Source: an uncultured Clostridia bacterium
GTDB taxonomy: Bacteria; Bacillota; Clostridia; Oscillospirales; Ruminococcaceae
Assembly: GCA_947304245.1 (NCBI GenBank)
Contig: CAMZAK010000002.1
Location: forward strand, 4,977 to 68,976
DNA: 64,000 nt
Reading direction: 5' to 3'
The position numbers and the translations under genes were made by a program. The notes beneath the pieces were generated by a model that was not told the origin of the DNA, did not search any database, and worked only from the letters and a program-made list of their open reading frames with translations. This document shows positions 1-8,674 of this stretch, in pieces. Position 1 is the stretch's first letter. Each line of letters opens with the position of its first letter.

Positions 1-425
1 TCTTTAACATCAACAGCGTCTTTAACAACAGTATTCCACAAATTTGCTTCCTTAACTTCACTATCATATAAAACATTACCCATTTCATCTTTTAAGTTAA
101 CAATTATAGCATTTTTTCCGTCTTCTTTGGCCTTCTTCAAAAAATTCTTAAACTGTTTTTCTTTAAAAATTATATTTTTAGGAAGCTCCACACCCTTAAC
201 ATCTAAAATATTTTGTACTTTATTATTTTTAAAATCATCAATTTTTTCTTTTTTTTCTTCTCCATAATTTTCTGGAATTTCAACACGTTCCACATGTTGC
301 CTATTCTTATAACTTTGTATGAAAAGACAGGTAACATATGAAATTAAAGAAATAATTAAAAACAAACCAGAAAATTTAAACAACATAATCTTCTTGTTTC
401 TTTTCCTATTGAACTTTGAATACAT
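1..425 (-). CDS. Partial CDS (N-terminal part, continues past the window start): membrane-anchored protein, possibly DUF4015-type glycoside-hydrolase-like
   Basis: My own reverse translation from ATG at 425-423 gives MYSKFNRKRNKKIMLFKFSGLFLIISLISYVTCLF..., one TM helix followed by an open frame to position 1. The segment ...GKNAIIVNLKDEMGNVLYDSEV weakly resembles the start of DUF4015 TIM-barrel proteins. Confidence 0.4.
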   Translation of the reverse strand, partial: MYSKFNRKRNKKIMLFKFSGLFLIISLISYVTCLFIQSYKNRQHVERVEIPENYGEEKKEKIDDFKNNKVQNILDVKGVELPKNIIFKEKQFKNFLKKAKEDGKNAIIVNLKDEMGNVLYDSEVKEANLWNTVVKDAVDVK

Positions 426-563
426 TTTAAACTTTTTTCTTCTAATAATTTTATTTCCTTTATTCTTCAAATAAAACCCCCAAATTGTAAATTTAATGGC
501 ATAAGCAAACATAAAAACACATAAAATTAAAAATCTAAAATTTTAAGAAAGATGTGGTCTTAA

Positions 564-1133
564 TTGGAAATTAAACTTTTAAATAATAACACCGTAAAAT
601 TAACTCTTTCAAATAAAGATATGAAGGAACACAACATAACATACGAAATATTAAATTCTAATAAAAAAATCACTAAAACTTTAAGTTTAAATCTTTTAAA
701 AAGCATAGGTAAATTAATTTCTATAAATCCTGAAAAAAATAAAATTTTTGTAGAATCCTTCAAAACAAAAGAGAAAGGTTGTATATTATATCTTAGCACT
801 TCTTGTAATAACATAATCCCAATATCCAAAAAAATTAAAACAACAATTCCATTAATTGCAACATTCAAAAAAAAATCTAATATGAATAATTTTTGCAAAA
901 ATATCTCAAATTTAAACGAAAACTTTAAATTTAAAAGTGAATTATATAGTTTTAATGATGAATTTGTTTTAATTATCTTCGTACCACAAGAAAAAAAAGA
1001 AGAATCTTTAGCTTTAATTAAAGAATTTGGAAAAGTTTACGGAAAAGGTAATGTTAAATATAGCATAATTAAAGAACACTGCAAACCAATTTTTAAGAAA
1101 AATTCAATAGAAAATATTTTAAAACTAACCTAA
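564..1133 (+). CDS. MecA-like adaptor protein (TTG start)
   Basis: The N-terminus MEIKLLNNNTVKLTLSNKDMKEHNITYE resembles the MecA N-terminus (MEIERINEHTVKFYMSYGDIEDRGF). The length (189 aa) fits a short MecA paralog. Confidence 0.5.
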   Translation: MEIKLLNNNTVKLTLSNKDMKEHNITYEILNSNKKITKTLSLNLLKSIGKLISINPEKNKIFVESFKTKEKGCILYLSTSCNNIIPISKKIKTTIPLIATFKKKSNMNNFCKNISNLNENFKFKSELYSFNDEFVLIIFVPQEKKEESLALIKEFGKVYGKGNVKYSIIKEHCKPIFKKNSIENILKLT

Positions 1134-1766
1134 AACTTCTTTTAAACTAAAGATGGCTTGTTTAATGTCTTTAGAACAAAAAATGTAAGACCCCACAACA
1201 GCATAATAAATTCCAGAATCTTTAATTTGTTTTGCTATGTTTAAATTAATTCCTCCATCTAACTGAATTTTCAAAAAATTATTTTTATTTCTTAAAATCT
1301 CAACTTTTTTTAAAGAATCTTTAATAAATTCTTGCCCTCCAAAACCTGGTTTAACACTCATTACAACAACCATATCCAAATAATCTAAAAATGGAAATAT
1401 TTTTTCAACAGGAGTTTCAGGGTTAATGGCAACGCCACATTTACAATTTAAAGATTTAATTTTATTAATGCAATCTAAGATGTTATCTTCACACTCAACA
1501 TGAAAAGTCATGCTAAAAGCTCCCGCTTTAGAAAATTGCTCTAAAAATTTTAAAGGCCTTTTAACCATTAAATGAACGTCCATTAGCATTTTAGAAGCTT
1601 TTTTAATGGAATTTAAAATTAAAGATCCAAAAGATAAATTAGGAACAAAATAACCATCCATAACATCAAAATGCAGCATTTCTATTTTTGATTCTTCTAA
1701 AAATTTTAATTCCTTTTTTAAATTTAAAAAATCTGCAGATAATATTGAAGGACAAATTTTAATCAT
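1125..1766 (-). CDS. rpe: Ribulose-phosphate 3-epimerase
   Basis: MIKICPSILSADFLNLKKEL...HFDVMDGYFVPNLSFG...VMSVKPGFGGQEF are canonical Rpe motifs. Confidence 0.9.
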   Translation of the reverse strand: MIKICPSILSADFLNLKKELKFLEESKIEMLHFDVMDGYFVPNLSFGSLILNSIKKASKMLMDVHLMVKRPLKFLEQFSKAGAFSMTFHVECEDNILDCINKIKSLNCKCGVAINPETPVEKIFPFLDYLDMVVVMSVKPGFGGQEFIKDSLKKVEILRNKNNFLKIQLDGGINLNIAKQIKDSGIYYAVVGSYIFCSKDIKQAIFSLKEVLG

Positions 1767-2064
1767 AAAATTTCACCGTTATCTTTTAAAATAGCTTATT
1801 AAACAATACCATAATATTTTAAAACAAAAAAAGTTTTAAGTCAAATTATACTAATTTTTTATTTTAAGTTTCATATTTAAAATTTAAACTTGCTTTTTGT
1901 TATTAATGCAAATATAATTATAATTAAATGTGAAATTATAATTATAATTAAAATTATAATATTATTATTAAAATTAAAGTCTTTAAATTTAATAATTTAA
2001 TATTTTATTAACAATTTCTAAAAAATTAGAAAAGGATGTTTTATTAACAAAGGAGAAATTAAAA

Positions 2065-4959
2065 ATGAGTTTAAACATATTAGAAAAAGTTTTTGGTTCT
2101 TATAGTAAAAAAGAAATTAGAAGAATTATTCCAATAGTTAACAAAATTTTAAAATTAGAATCTAAGTATGCAAAAATGAGTGACGAAGAACTTAAAAACC
2201 AAACACAGGTTTTAAGAAAAAGGTTAAAAAATAAAGAAACCACAAAAGATATTTTACCAGATGCTTTTGCTGTTTGCAGAGAAGCTTCAAGTAGAGTTTT
2301 AAACATGAAACACTTTAAAGTTCAACTAATTGGAGGAATTGTTTTAAGCCAAGGCCGTATTGCAGAAATGAAAACTGGTGAAGGAAAAACACTAGTTGCA
2401 ACACTACCAGCATATCTTCATGGTTTAACACAAAAAGGCGTTCATGTGGTTACAGTAAACGACTATTTAGCAAAACGTGACGCAGAATGGATGGGAAAAG
2501 TTTACAAATATCTAGGCCTAACAGTTGGAATTGTTTTAAACGGAATGCAAAGCGAAGAAAGAAGAAGAGCCTACGCATGCGATATAACCTACGCCACAAA
2601 CAACGAAATAGGGTTCGACTATTTAAGAGATAATATGTGTATTTATAAACACCAGATGGTTCAAAGAGGTTTTAACTTTGCTTTAGTTGACGAAGTAGAC
2701 TCAATTTTAATTGACGAAGCAAGAACACCATTAATAATTTCCGGGCCAGGAGACAAATCCACAGAGCTCTATACACACACAGAAGAACTAGTTAAAACAT
2801 TTAAAATGTTTAAAACAAAAGAGTTAGATGACAAACAAGAACACGATGACGTGGACGCAGACTACATTGTAGACGAAAAAGCAAAAACCTCAACCTTAAC
2901 TCCAAAAGGGGTTAAAAAAGCAGAAAAATATTTCAACATTACCAACCTAATGGATGGAGAAAACATAACCTTACTTCACCACATAAACCAAGCCATTAGA
3001 GCTCATGGAATTATGAGAAAAGACATAGACTACGTTGTTAAAAAGGGTGAGGTTTTAATTGTAGACGAGTTCACAGGAAGAATAATGAATGGAAGAAGAT
3101 ATAGCGACGGACTACACCAAGCAATTGAAGCAAAAGAAAATGTTAAAATTGCTAGTGAATCTAAAACTTTAGCCACAATAACATTTCAAAACCTTTTTAG
3201 AATTTATAAAAGACTTTCAGGAATGACAGGAACAGCAATGACGGAAGAAGGAGAATTCCGTGAAATTTATAAATTAGATATTGTAGAAATTCCACCTAAT
3301 AAACCCACAATTAGAAAAGACCACCACGATGTTGTTTTTAAAACAGAAGCAGCAAAGTTTGAAGCAATAATTAAACAGGTTATTAAATGCCATAAAAAAG
3401 GCCAGCCAGTTTTAGTTGGAACAGTTTCAATTGAAAAATCTGAAATTTTAAGCGATATGTTGGTTGCCAATAAAATCCGCCATTATGTTTTAAACGCTAA
3501 ATATCACGATTTAGAAGCAATGATTGTTGCTCAAGCTGCAAAATTAGGAGTTGTAACCATTGCAACAAACATGGCAGGAAGAGGAACAGACATAGTCCTC
3601 GGGGGAAATGCAGAATATATGGCAATTGAAGAAATGCGCGAATTTGGTTTTTCTGAAGAATTAATAAACGAAGCAAATTCTTATGGTGAAACAGATGACG
3701 AAATAGTTTTAAAAGCTAGGAAAATTTTTAAAGAATTATATGAAAAACACAAAGAAATAACATCTAAAGAAGCAATTGAAGTTAAAAAAGCGGGAGGACT
3801 TTTCATAATAGGAACAGAACGCCATGAATCTAGAAGAATAGATAATCAGCTGCGTGGACGTGCAGGAAGACAAGGAGACCCAGGAGAAAGCATGTTCTTT
3901 CTTTCTTTAGAAGACGACCTAATGCGCCTTTTTGGAGGAGACAGAATAGAAAAATTAATGAATTTTTTAAAAGCTCCTAACGATGCACCAATTAAGAACA
4001 AATTTTTAACAAAATCCATAAAAAATGCACAGGCAAAAATTGAAGCCATGCACTTTGGGACTAGAAAAAATGTTTTAAAATTTGATGATATTATGAATTC
4101 ACAACGTGAAATTATTTATAAGCAACGTTCCGAAGTGTTAGAAGGCAAAAACATGAAAAATCACTTTTTAAACATGATGAAAGATTCTCTTAAAAGAACT
4201 GTTGAAAGATATCTGCCAGACCCAATAACCCATGAACACTGGAACATTAAAGGGCTTAAAAGCCATTTTATGGGTTATTTGCTAGAAGAAACAGATTTAA
4301 ATTATACTGAAGAAGAAATTCTAAATTTAAAAAGAGACGATATAACAAAACTTATAACAAAAAAAGCAACCGACTCATATGCAGAAAAAGAAAAACATTT
4401 TGGCGAAGAACATATGCGTGAATTTGAGAGAATGGTTATTTTAAAAGTTGTAGACTCAAAGTGGACTGAACACATAGACAACATGGATGAACTAAGAAGA
4501 GGAATATATCTTCGCTCATATGCGCAAAAAGATCCAATAATTGAATATAGAATTGAAGGATTCGACATGTTCGACGAAATGGTTGAAAACATTAAAGAAG
4601 AAGTAACACACATTGTTCTTTCTAAAAGTGTTAATAAAAAAGAAAAAATTGAAAGAGAAGAAACTAAAAGAATTCCAGATTATGTTAAAAGCAATAAAGA
4701 CATAAAAAATAAACCTGTGCGCAAAATAAATAGAAAAAATTTAACTGAAAAATTAAAAAAAATATATGAAGAAGACACTGAAAATTCTACTGATGCTGAA
4801 GATTCTAATTATGAAAAAAACAATGAAAACACAAAAAGTAAACCTATACGCAAAATAAATAGGAAAAATTTAACTGAAGAATTAAAAGATATTTATGGAG
4901 AAAACACTGAAGATTCTACTGATGCTGAGAGTTCTGAAGAAAATTTGGAGAATAATTAA
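2065..4959 (+). CDS. secA: Preprotein translocase ATPase SecA, with an atypical repeat-containing C-terminal tail
   Basis: Full-length SecA motifs are present (MKTGEGKTLVATLPAYL, DEVDSILIDEARTPLIISG, TNMAGRGTDIVLGG, RIDNQLRGRAGRQGDPG). GGAG-type SD upstream (aaaggagaaattaaaaATG). Confidence 0.95.
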   Translation: MSLNILEKVFGSYSKKEIRRIIPIVNKILKLESKYAKMSDEELKNQTQVLRKRLKNKETTKDILPDAFAVCREASSRVLNMKHFKVQLIGGIVLSQGRIAEMKTGEGKTLVATLPAYLHGLTQKGVHVVTVNDYLAKRDAEWMGKVYKYLGLTVGIVLNGMQSEERRRAYACDITYATNNEIGFDYLRDNMCIYKHQMVQRGFNFALVDEVDSILIDEARTPLIISGPGDKSTELYTHTEELVKTFKMFKTKELDDKQEHDDVDADYIVDEKAKTSTLTPKGVKKAEKYFNITNLMDGENITLLHHINQAIRAHGIMRKDIDYVVKKGEVLIVDEFTGRIMNGRRYSDGLHQAIEAKENVKIASESKTLATITFQNLFRIYKRLSGMTGTAMTEEGEFREIYKLDIVEIPPNKPTIRKDHHDVVFKTEAAKFEAIIKQVIKCHKKGQPVLVGTVSIEKSEILSDMLVANKIRHYVLNAKYHDLEAMIVAQAAKLGVVTIATNMAGRGTDIVLGGNAEYMAIEEMREFGFSEELINEANSYGETDDEIVLKARKIFKELYEKHKEITSKEAIEVKKAGGLFIIGTERHESRRIDNQLRGRAGRQGDPGESMFFLSLEDDLMRLFGGDRIEKLMNFLKAPNDAPIKNKFLTKSIKNAQAKIEAMHFGTRKNVLKFDDIMNSQREIIYKQRSEVLEGKNMKNHFLNMMKDSLKRTVERYLPDPITHEHWNIKGLKSHFMGYLLEETDLNYTEEEILNLKRDDITKLITKKATDSYAEKEKHFGEEHMREFERMVILKVVDSKWTEHIDNMDELRRGIYLRSYAQKDPIIEYRIEGFDMFDEMVENIKEEVTHIVLSKSVNKKEKIEREETKRIPDYVKSNKDIKNKPVRKINRKNLTEKLKKIYEEDTENSTDAEDSNYEKNNENTKSKPIRKINRKNLTEELKDIYGENTEDSTDAESSEENLENN
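4711..4935 (+). repeat. Two copies of a 129-nt (43-codon) unit inside the secA 3' end
   Basis: 4711-4806 and 4840-4935 align base for base with few differences. Both encode KP[VI]RKINRKNLTE[KE]LK.IY.E.TE.STDAE.S. Confidence 0.85.
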
Positions 4960-5260
4960 ATTAAATTAGAAATTTAACTCAAAAATTTAAAGTGCTTTTG
5001 GCTAATTAATTCGAAAATTTTTATTTTATTCATAATTTTTTTTTAAAATTTATAATAAAAATTGAATTATTTTTACAATTCTTTCCTTCACATATTCAAA
5101 ATATCATTAAATAACATCAAAATATGTAGATTTTATTAAAATTTTATAAAAATTACCATTAATATTTTTTGGTAAAAAGGTCAAAATATTACTACAAACA
5201 TGTTTTACTAAATTAATGATTAAATTAGAAATTATGATTTAACAATATGAAGGAAAGGAT

Positions 5261-5518
5261 GTGCTATTTAAAGTGGCTAAAAATAATAAAACCGTGAGTT
5301 CTAAATCTAAAACACATAAAACAAGAAAAACACACAGAAAAACAGCAACTTCAATCGCAAGATCTTCCATGGAAAGATTTAAAATGGAAGCTGCAAAAGA
5401 AGTTGGCGTGCATTTAAAAGCAGGCTACAACGGACATTTAACAGCAAAACAAGCCGGCTTAATTGGTGGAAGAATGGTTAAAAAAATGATAGATTCATAT
5501 AAAAACTCCCATAAATAA
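5261..5518 (+). CDS. Small acid-soluble spore protein, alpha/beta type (GTG start; a later start is possible)
   Basis: ...SSMERFKMEAAKEVGVHLKAGYNGHLTAKQAGLIGGRMVKKMI matches the alpha/beta SASP core (K.E.A.E.GV...lT..q.G.vGG.m.k.m). SD gaaggaaagga lies upstream. Confidence 0.75.
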   Translation: MLFKVAKNNKTVSSKSKTHKTRKTHRKTATSIARSSMERFKMEAAKEVGVHLKAGYNGHLTAKQAGLIGGRMVKKMIDSYKNSHK

Positions 5519-5608
5519 AGAAATTTATAAACTATTTTTTATTGTTTAATTTTTGCTCATATTAAAAAAAAAACCTTTTTTAAAATATTAGAATACAGTC
5601 TTGTTTGT

Positions 5609-5640
5609 GTCACCATTAAATTTGGTGGCATTTTTTATTT
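5609..5640 (+). terminator. Rho-independent terminator after the SASP gene
   Basis: Hairpin gtcacca-ttaaatt-tggtggc (7 bp including one G-U pair) followed by attttttatttt. Confidence 0.5.
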
Positions 5641-5679
5641 TAAAAAAAATAAAAATAACCATAAAATTTGAGCTTATAT

Positions 5680-6492
5680 TTATTTCAAATGCTTTTTTAA
5701 AAAACCCAAAACCTTTAATGAACTCGTAAAATTACTAAATAAATTTAAAATTTTTAATAAGATTGATTCATCCTCAATTTTTATTCTAAAGCTTAAAATC
5801 AAACTATTTTCTTCTTTAATTAAATTTAAAACTTTAATTTTAAAATTTTGTTCAACATAGCTTAAAAATAACAAAATATTGTTTAAATCTTTAAATTTTA
5901 ATTTAACAGTTAAGATGTTGTTTCCTTTCTTAAAATAAATGTTTTTTGAAAAAACAAGATAGTTGTCATTTTTGAAATTAATAACCTCACTAGCAATAAC
6001 ACCATATTTTAAAGCTGTTTTAAAAACATTAAACACATCTTTTTTAATTTTTAATATTAGTAAACTTTCGCATTTAGACTTTTTTAATTTAAAAAAAGCC
6101 GAATCTAAATTGAGTAAATTGTGCACATCAAATTTTAAAAATTTCTTTAAATTAAAAAATTCATTTTCAACATTAACAGCAAAAACCTTAATTTTTCTAT
6201 TATAATAATTTTTCTTTATTAAAGTTTTTTTAAAACCATAATTTAGTTTTTCATATTGCAAAATTTTAGAAATATTAATAATATTTTTAAATAAGAGAAT
6301 ATTAAATTCATAAAAAGAAGAAGAGTTTTTTAAAACATTATTTAAAACCTCTTCTTCCCTTTTAAAATTTTCAATTAAAAGCCCTTTTTCTTTTTTAAAC
6401 CGTAAAATTTTTAAAACTAACTGCAGCCTTTCTTCAAAAAACTGCAGAATTTTTTCATCTTTATCATTAATTTTTTTTCTTATTTCTTCCAT
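5680..6492 (-). CDS. Chorismate mutase (CM_2) domain protein with a divergent C-terminal region
   Basis: The N-terminus MEEIRKKINDKDEKILQFFEERLQLVLKILRFKKEKGLLIENFKREEEVL fits the AroQ-type chorismate mutase helix pattern. I cannot assign the C-terminal ~180 aa; it may be a degenerate PDT/ACT region. Confidence 0.45.
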   Translation of the reverse strand: MEEIRKKINDKDEKILQFFEERLQLVLKILRFKKEKGLLIENFKREEEVLNNVLKNSSSFYEFNILLFKNIINISKILQYEKLNYGFKKTLIKKNYYNRKIKVFAVNVENEFFNLKKFLKFDVHNLLNLDSAFFKLKKSKCESLLILKIKKDVFNVFKTALKYGVIASEVINFKNDNYLVFSKNIYFKKGNNILTVKLKFKDLNNILLFLSYVEQNFKIKVLNLIKEENSLILSFRIKIEDESILLKILNLFSNFTSSLKVLGFLKKHLK

Positions 6493-6508
6493 GTTAAACC
6501 TTAAACGT

Positions 6509-7612
6509 TTATTTTAAAACATAAACAGGAAGAGTTTTTCTTCCCCATACTCTGCATTCCTTTTCAGTGCTAAAGCAAACATCAACCAAAACCTTGCCCT
6601 TGCAAGCAGCACCACAAAGGTCTCCCACAACACAAATTCCATAACCAGGAATGTAAAGTCTAGTGCCATAGGGAAACTTTTTAGGGTCTGCTGCAACAAC
6701 TCCTCTTCTTGCATGCCCCATTCTAGAAGTGTTACCTAAAGTTGCAGGGTACGCAGTAATTGCACCCGTCATTTTTCTAGTGTATTCATAAGTTTTTCCA
6801 TCAATCGTGATGGTGTTAGGCCCTTCAGATTGCACAGCAGCATTATTGTTAATGGGATGGTTTTTTTTGTTTTCTTTTTGCTTTTCATTTTTTTTGTTAA
6901 GGTTAAGGTCTCCAACATGAAATATTTCATCAACCGCCGGAGTAATAATTATTTCTTTTGGTTCTTTTTTAATTAAGTTTCCATTAGAATAAATTTCTTC
7001 AACAAAAACCTCTTTTTTTCCTTTAACCCCTTTTTGCCCCAACTTTTTTTCTTCTTTTTTAAGAGAAGCATCTAAAACATATTTAGTTTCAAAAGGCAGC
7101 TCAACTTCACGAACTTCTTGCTTTTTTCTTTCAACCTTAATAACTTCAATTTTTGTATTTGGTTCAACCACGGTCTCTAAATCTGGAGTTATATATAAAT
7201 CTTCCTTTGGTTCAACATTTAACTCTTTTAAAACATCTAAAACTTTAGTTCCTTTTGCAACTTTAACATTTTTAGTTTCTCCAAGAATGTTAACATTTAA
7301 ATTAAAACCTCTTTTAACGTTAATTTCACATAAATTATTATTCTTTTCGTTAACATCATAAGAATCTTTTTCTTGAAATGGTTTAGCAGGCAAATTTTCT
7401 TTAACAATCTTTTCAAAATCGGAACTAGATGTATGCAGACTACAAACCTTTATTCCTTCGTCATATATTACAACTTCTCTTTTTGGAAAAATAGCAGCCA
7501 TACCTGTTAAAAATGCTACAGTAATTATTAATAATAAAGATAATAAAACGGTTGGCATCATCTTAAAATGCGGGCTATTTCCAACCTTGTTAAATTTTTT
7601 ATTAAATAACAT
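6509..7612 (-). CDS. YabE-like cell-wall protein (N-terminal TM, DUF348/G5-like repeats, C-terminal 3D domain)
   Basis: C-terminus ...TGAITAYPATLGNTSRMGHARRGVVAADPKKFPYGTRLYIPGYGICVVGDLCGAACKGKVLVDVCF is a 3D (MltA/RlpA-like) domain. G5-like EVELPFETKYVLD lies upstream, and there is a TM helix near the N-terminus. Confidence 0.7.
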   Translation of the reverse strand: MLFNKKFNKVGNSPHFKMMPTVLLSLLLIITVAFLTGMAAIFPKREVVIYDEGIKVCSLHTSSSDFEKIVKENLPAKPFQEKDSYDVNEKNNNLCEINVKRGFNLNVNILGETKNVKVAKGTKVLDVLKELNVEPKEDLYITPDLETVVEPNTKIEVIKVERKKQEVREVELPFETKYVLDASLKKEEKKLGQKGVKGKKEVFVEEIYSNGNLIKKEPKEIIITPAVDEIFHVGDLNLNKKNEKQKENKKNHPINNNAAVQSEGPNTITIDGKTYEYTRKMTGAITAYPATLGNTSRMGHARRGVVAADPKKFPYGTRLYIPGYGICVVGDLCGAACKGKVLVDVCFSTEKECRVWGRKTLPVYVLK

Positions 7613-8007
7613 AACCTAAAAAAAACTCCTTTTTAAATTGTAAATAAAACATATAATAATTAATATTTGTAACTAAATAGAAACAAATTGTAACTATTAC
7701 ATAAGTATTTTAAACAATATTTAATAAATTGTCAAGTTTTTACTAAACTCTTACATTGTTTAACATTAACAAATAACATTAACAATAAGCATATTTTTTT
7801 AGAAAATAAACCCAAATACTGCTCGTATTTTGTAAAATAATCCCTAAATGTTCAAGCTATTTGAATAAAAATTAACAAATTATAATTTTAATTAATTAAA
7901 AATATTTAGCAAAATTAAAATAAATTTATTTGCAAAAAATAAAATTTTAAAAATAAAAATTTATTAAATAATTTATTTAAAAATTTAAATAAAAGAGGGT
8001 AACAATA

Positions 8008-8667
8008 ATGTTTTTTAAAATTTTTGTTTCTATTTTAACCTTTTACATTACTCATTTTTTAATAATAATGCTAAATTTCAAGTCTTTATTAATTCCAATT
8101 TTAATTTTAAATTTTAGTTTCATAACATATCCAATTTATTGTTCTTTGTTTTACGGTAAGATTTTTTATTGCTTTAAACATAACTATTTTAGAACAATAA
8201 CAACAGGTTTGTTTTCAGGTTTACTTTTAACCGCATCTGGAATGTTACTCTTTTTGCCTTTTACAGTAATATTAAATTTTAACAAAATTCTAGCTAATTT
8301 AACTGCAGCTTTAGCTGCAACCATGTGGCTTTTTTTAGCTTCAAAATTTTCATTTACACCTCTAATTGAAAATGAAAACCCTATTAACAAAATATTAATT
8401 TCTTTTAAAATTGCAAAAAAAAATAGCCACAAAGTTTTTGCAGCAACATTAATTCAATATATTAGCATCATTTTAATTATACCTTCATTTTTAACAGTTA
8501 AAAAACATATAAATAAACTTAAATTTTTATATGAAGAAAATTATGGTGGAGACGATGGGGTTCGAACCCACGACCTTTTGAATGCCATTCAAACGCGCTC
8601 CCAACTGCGCCACGCCCCCGAAAAAACAGCCATATTTAGCATTCCTAGTAATTATAACAAAAATTAA
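8008..8667 (+). CDS. Hypothetical polytopic membrane protein; the 3' part of the ORF reads antisense through tRNA-Ala
   Basis: 219-aa ORF with several hydrophobic helices. The last ~40 codons (GGDDGVRTHDLL...) translate the opposite strand of the tRNA at 8544-8619, so the true C-terminus is uncertain. Confidence 0.35.
   Translation: MFFKIFVSILTFYITHFLIIMLNFKSLLIPILILNFSFITYPIYCSLFYGKIFYCFKHNYFRTITTGLFSGLLLTASGMLLFLPFTVILNFNKILANLTAALAATMWLFLASKFSFTPLIENENPINKILISFKIAKKNSHKVFAATLIQYISIILIIPSFLTVKKHINKLKFLYEENYGGDDGVRTHDLLNAIQTRSQLRHAPEKTAIFSIPSNYNKN
8544..8619 (-). tRNA. tRNA-Ala (anticodon GGC)
   Basis: Reverse complement GGGGGCG-TG-GCGC-AGTTGGGA-GCGC-G-TTTGA-ATGGCAT-TCAAA-AGGTC-GTGGG-TTCGAAC-CCCAT-CGTCTCC-A-CCA folds as a 76-nt cloverleaf. 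The G3:U70 Ala identity pair is present. Confidence 0.8.
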
Positions 8668-8674
8668 AATAATA

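Noticed and set aside
1913-1960. Repeated TATAATTATAATTAAA-type motifs between rpe and secA, considered as a CRISPR-like or regulatory repeat array
   Set aside because: These are only 2-3 short, overlapping AT-only units with no spacers and no cas genes. They are indistinguishable from low-complexity AT-rich promoter DNA.
5000-5260. Search for a SigG/SigF-type forespore promoter upstream of the SASP gene
   Set aside because: Several partial matches exist (GAATT…CATATTC-like), but none has acceptable -35/-10 spacing by my count, so I cannot support a call from sequence alone.
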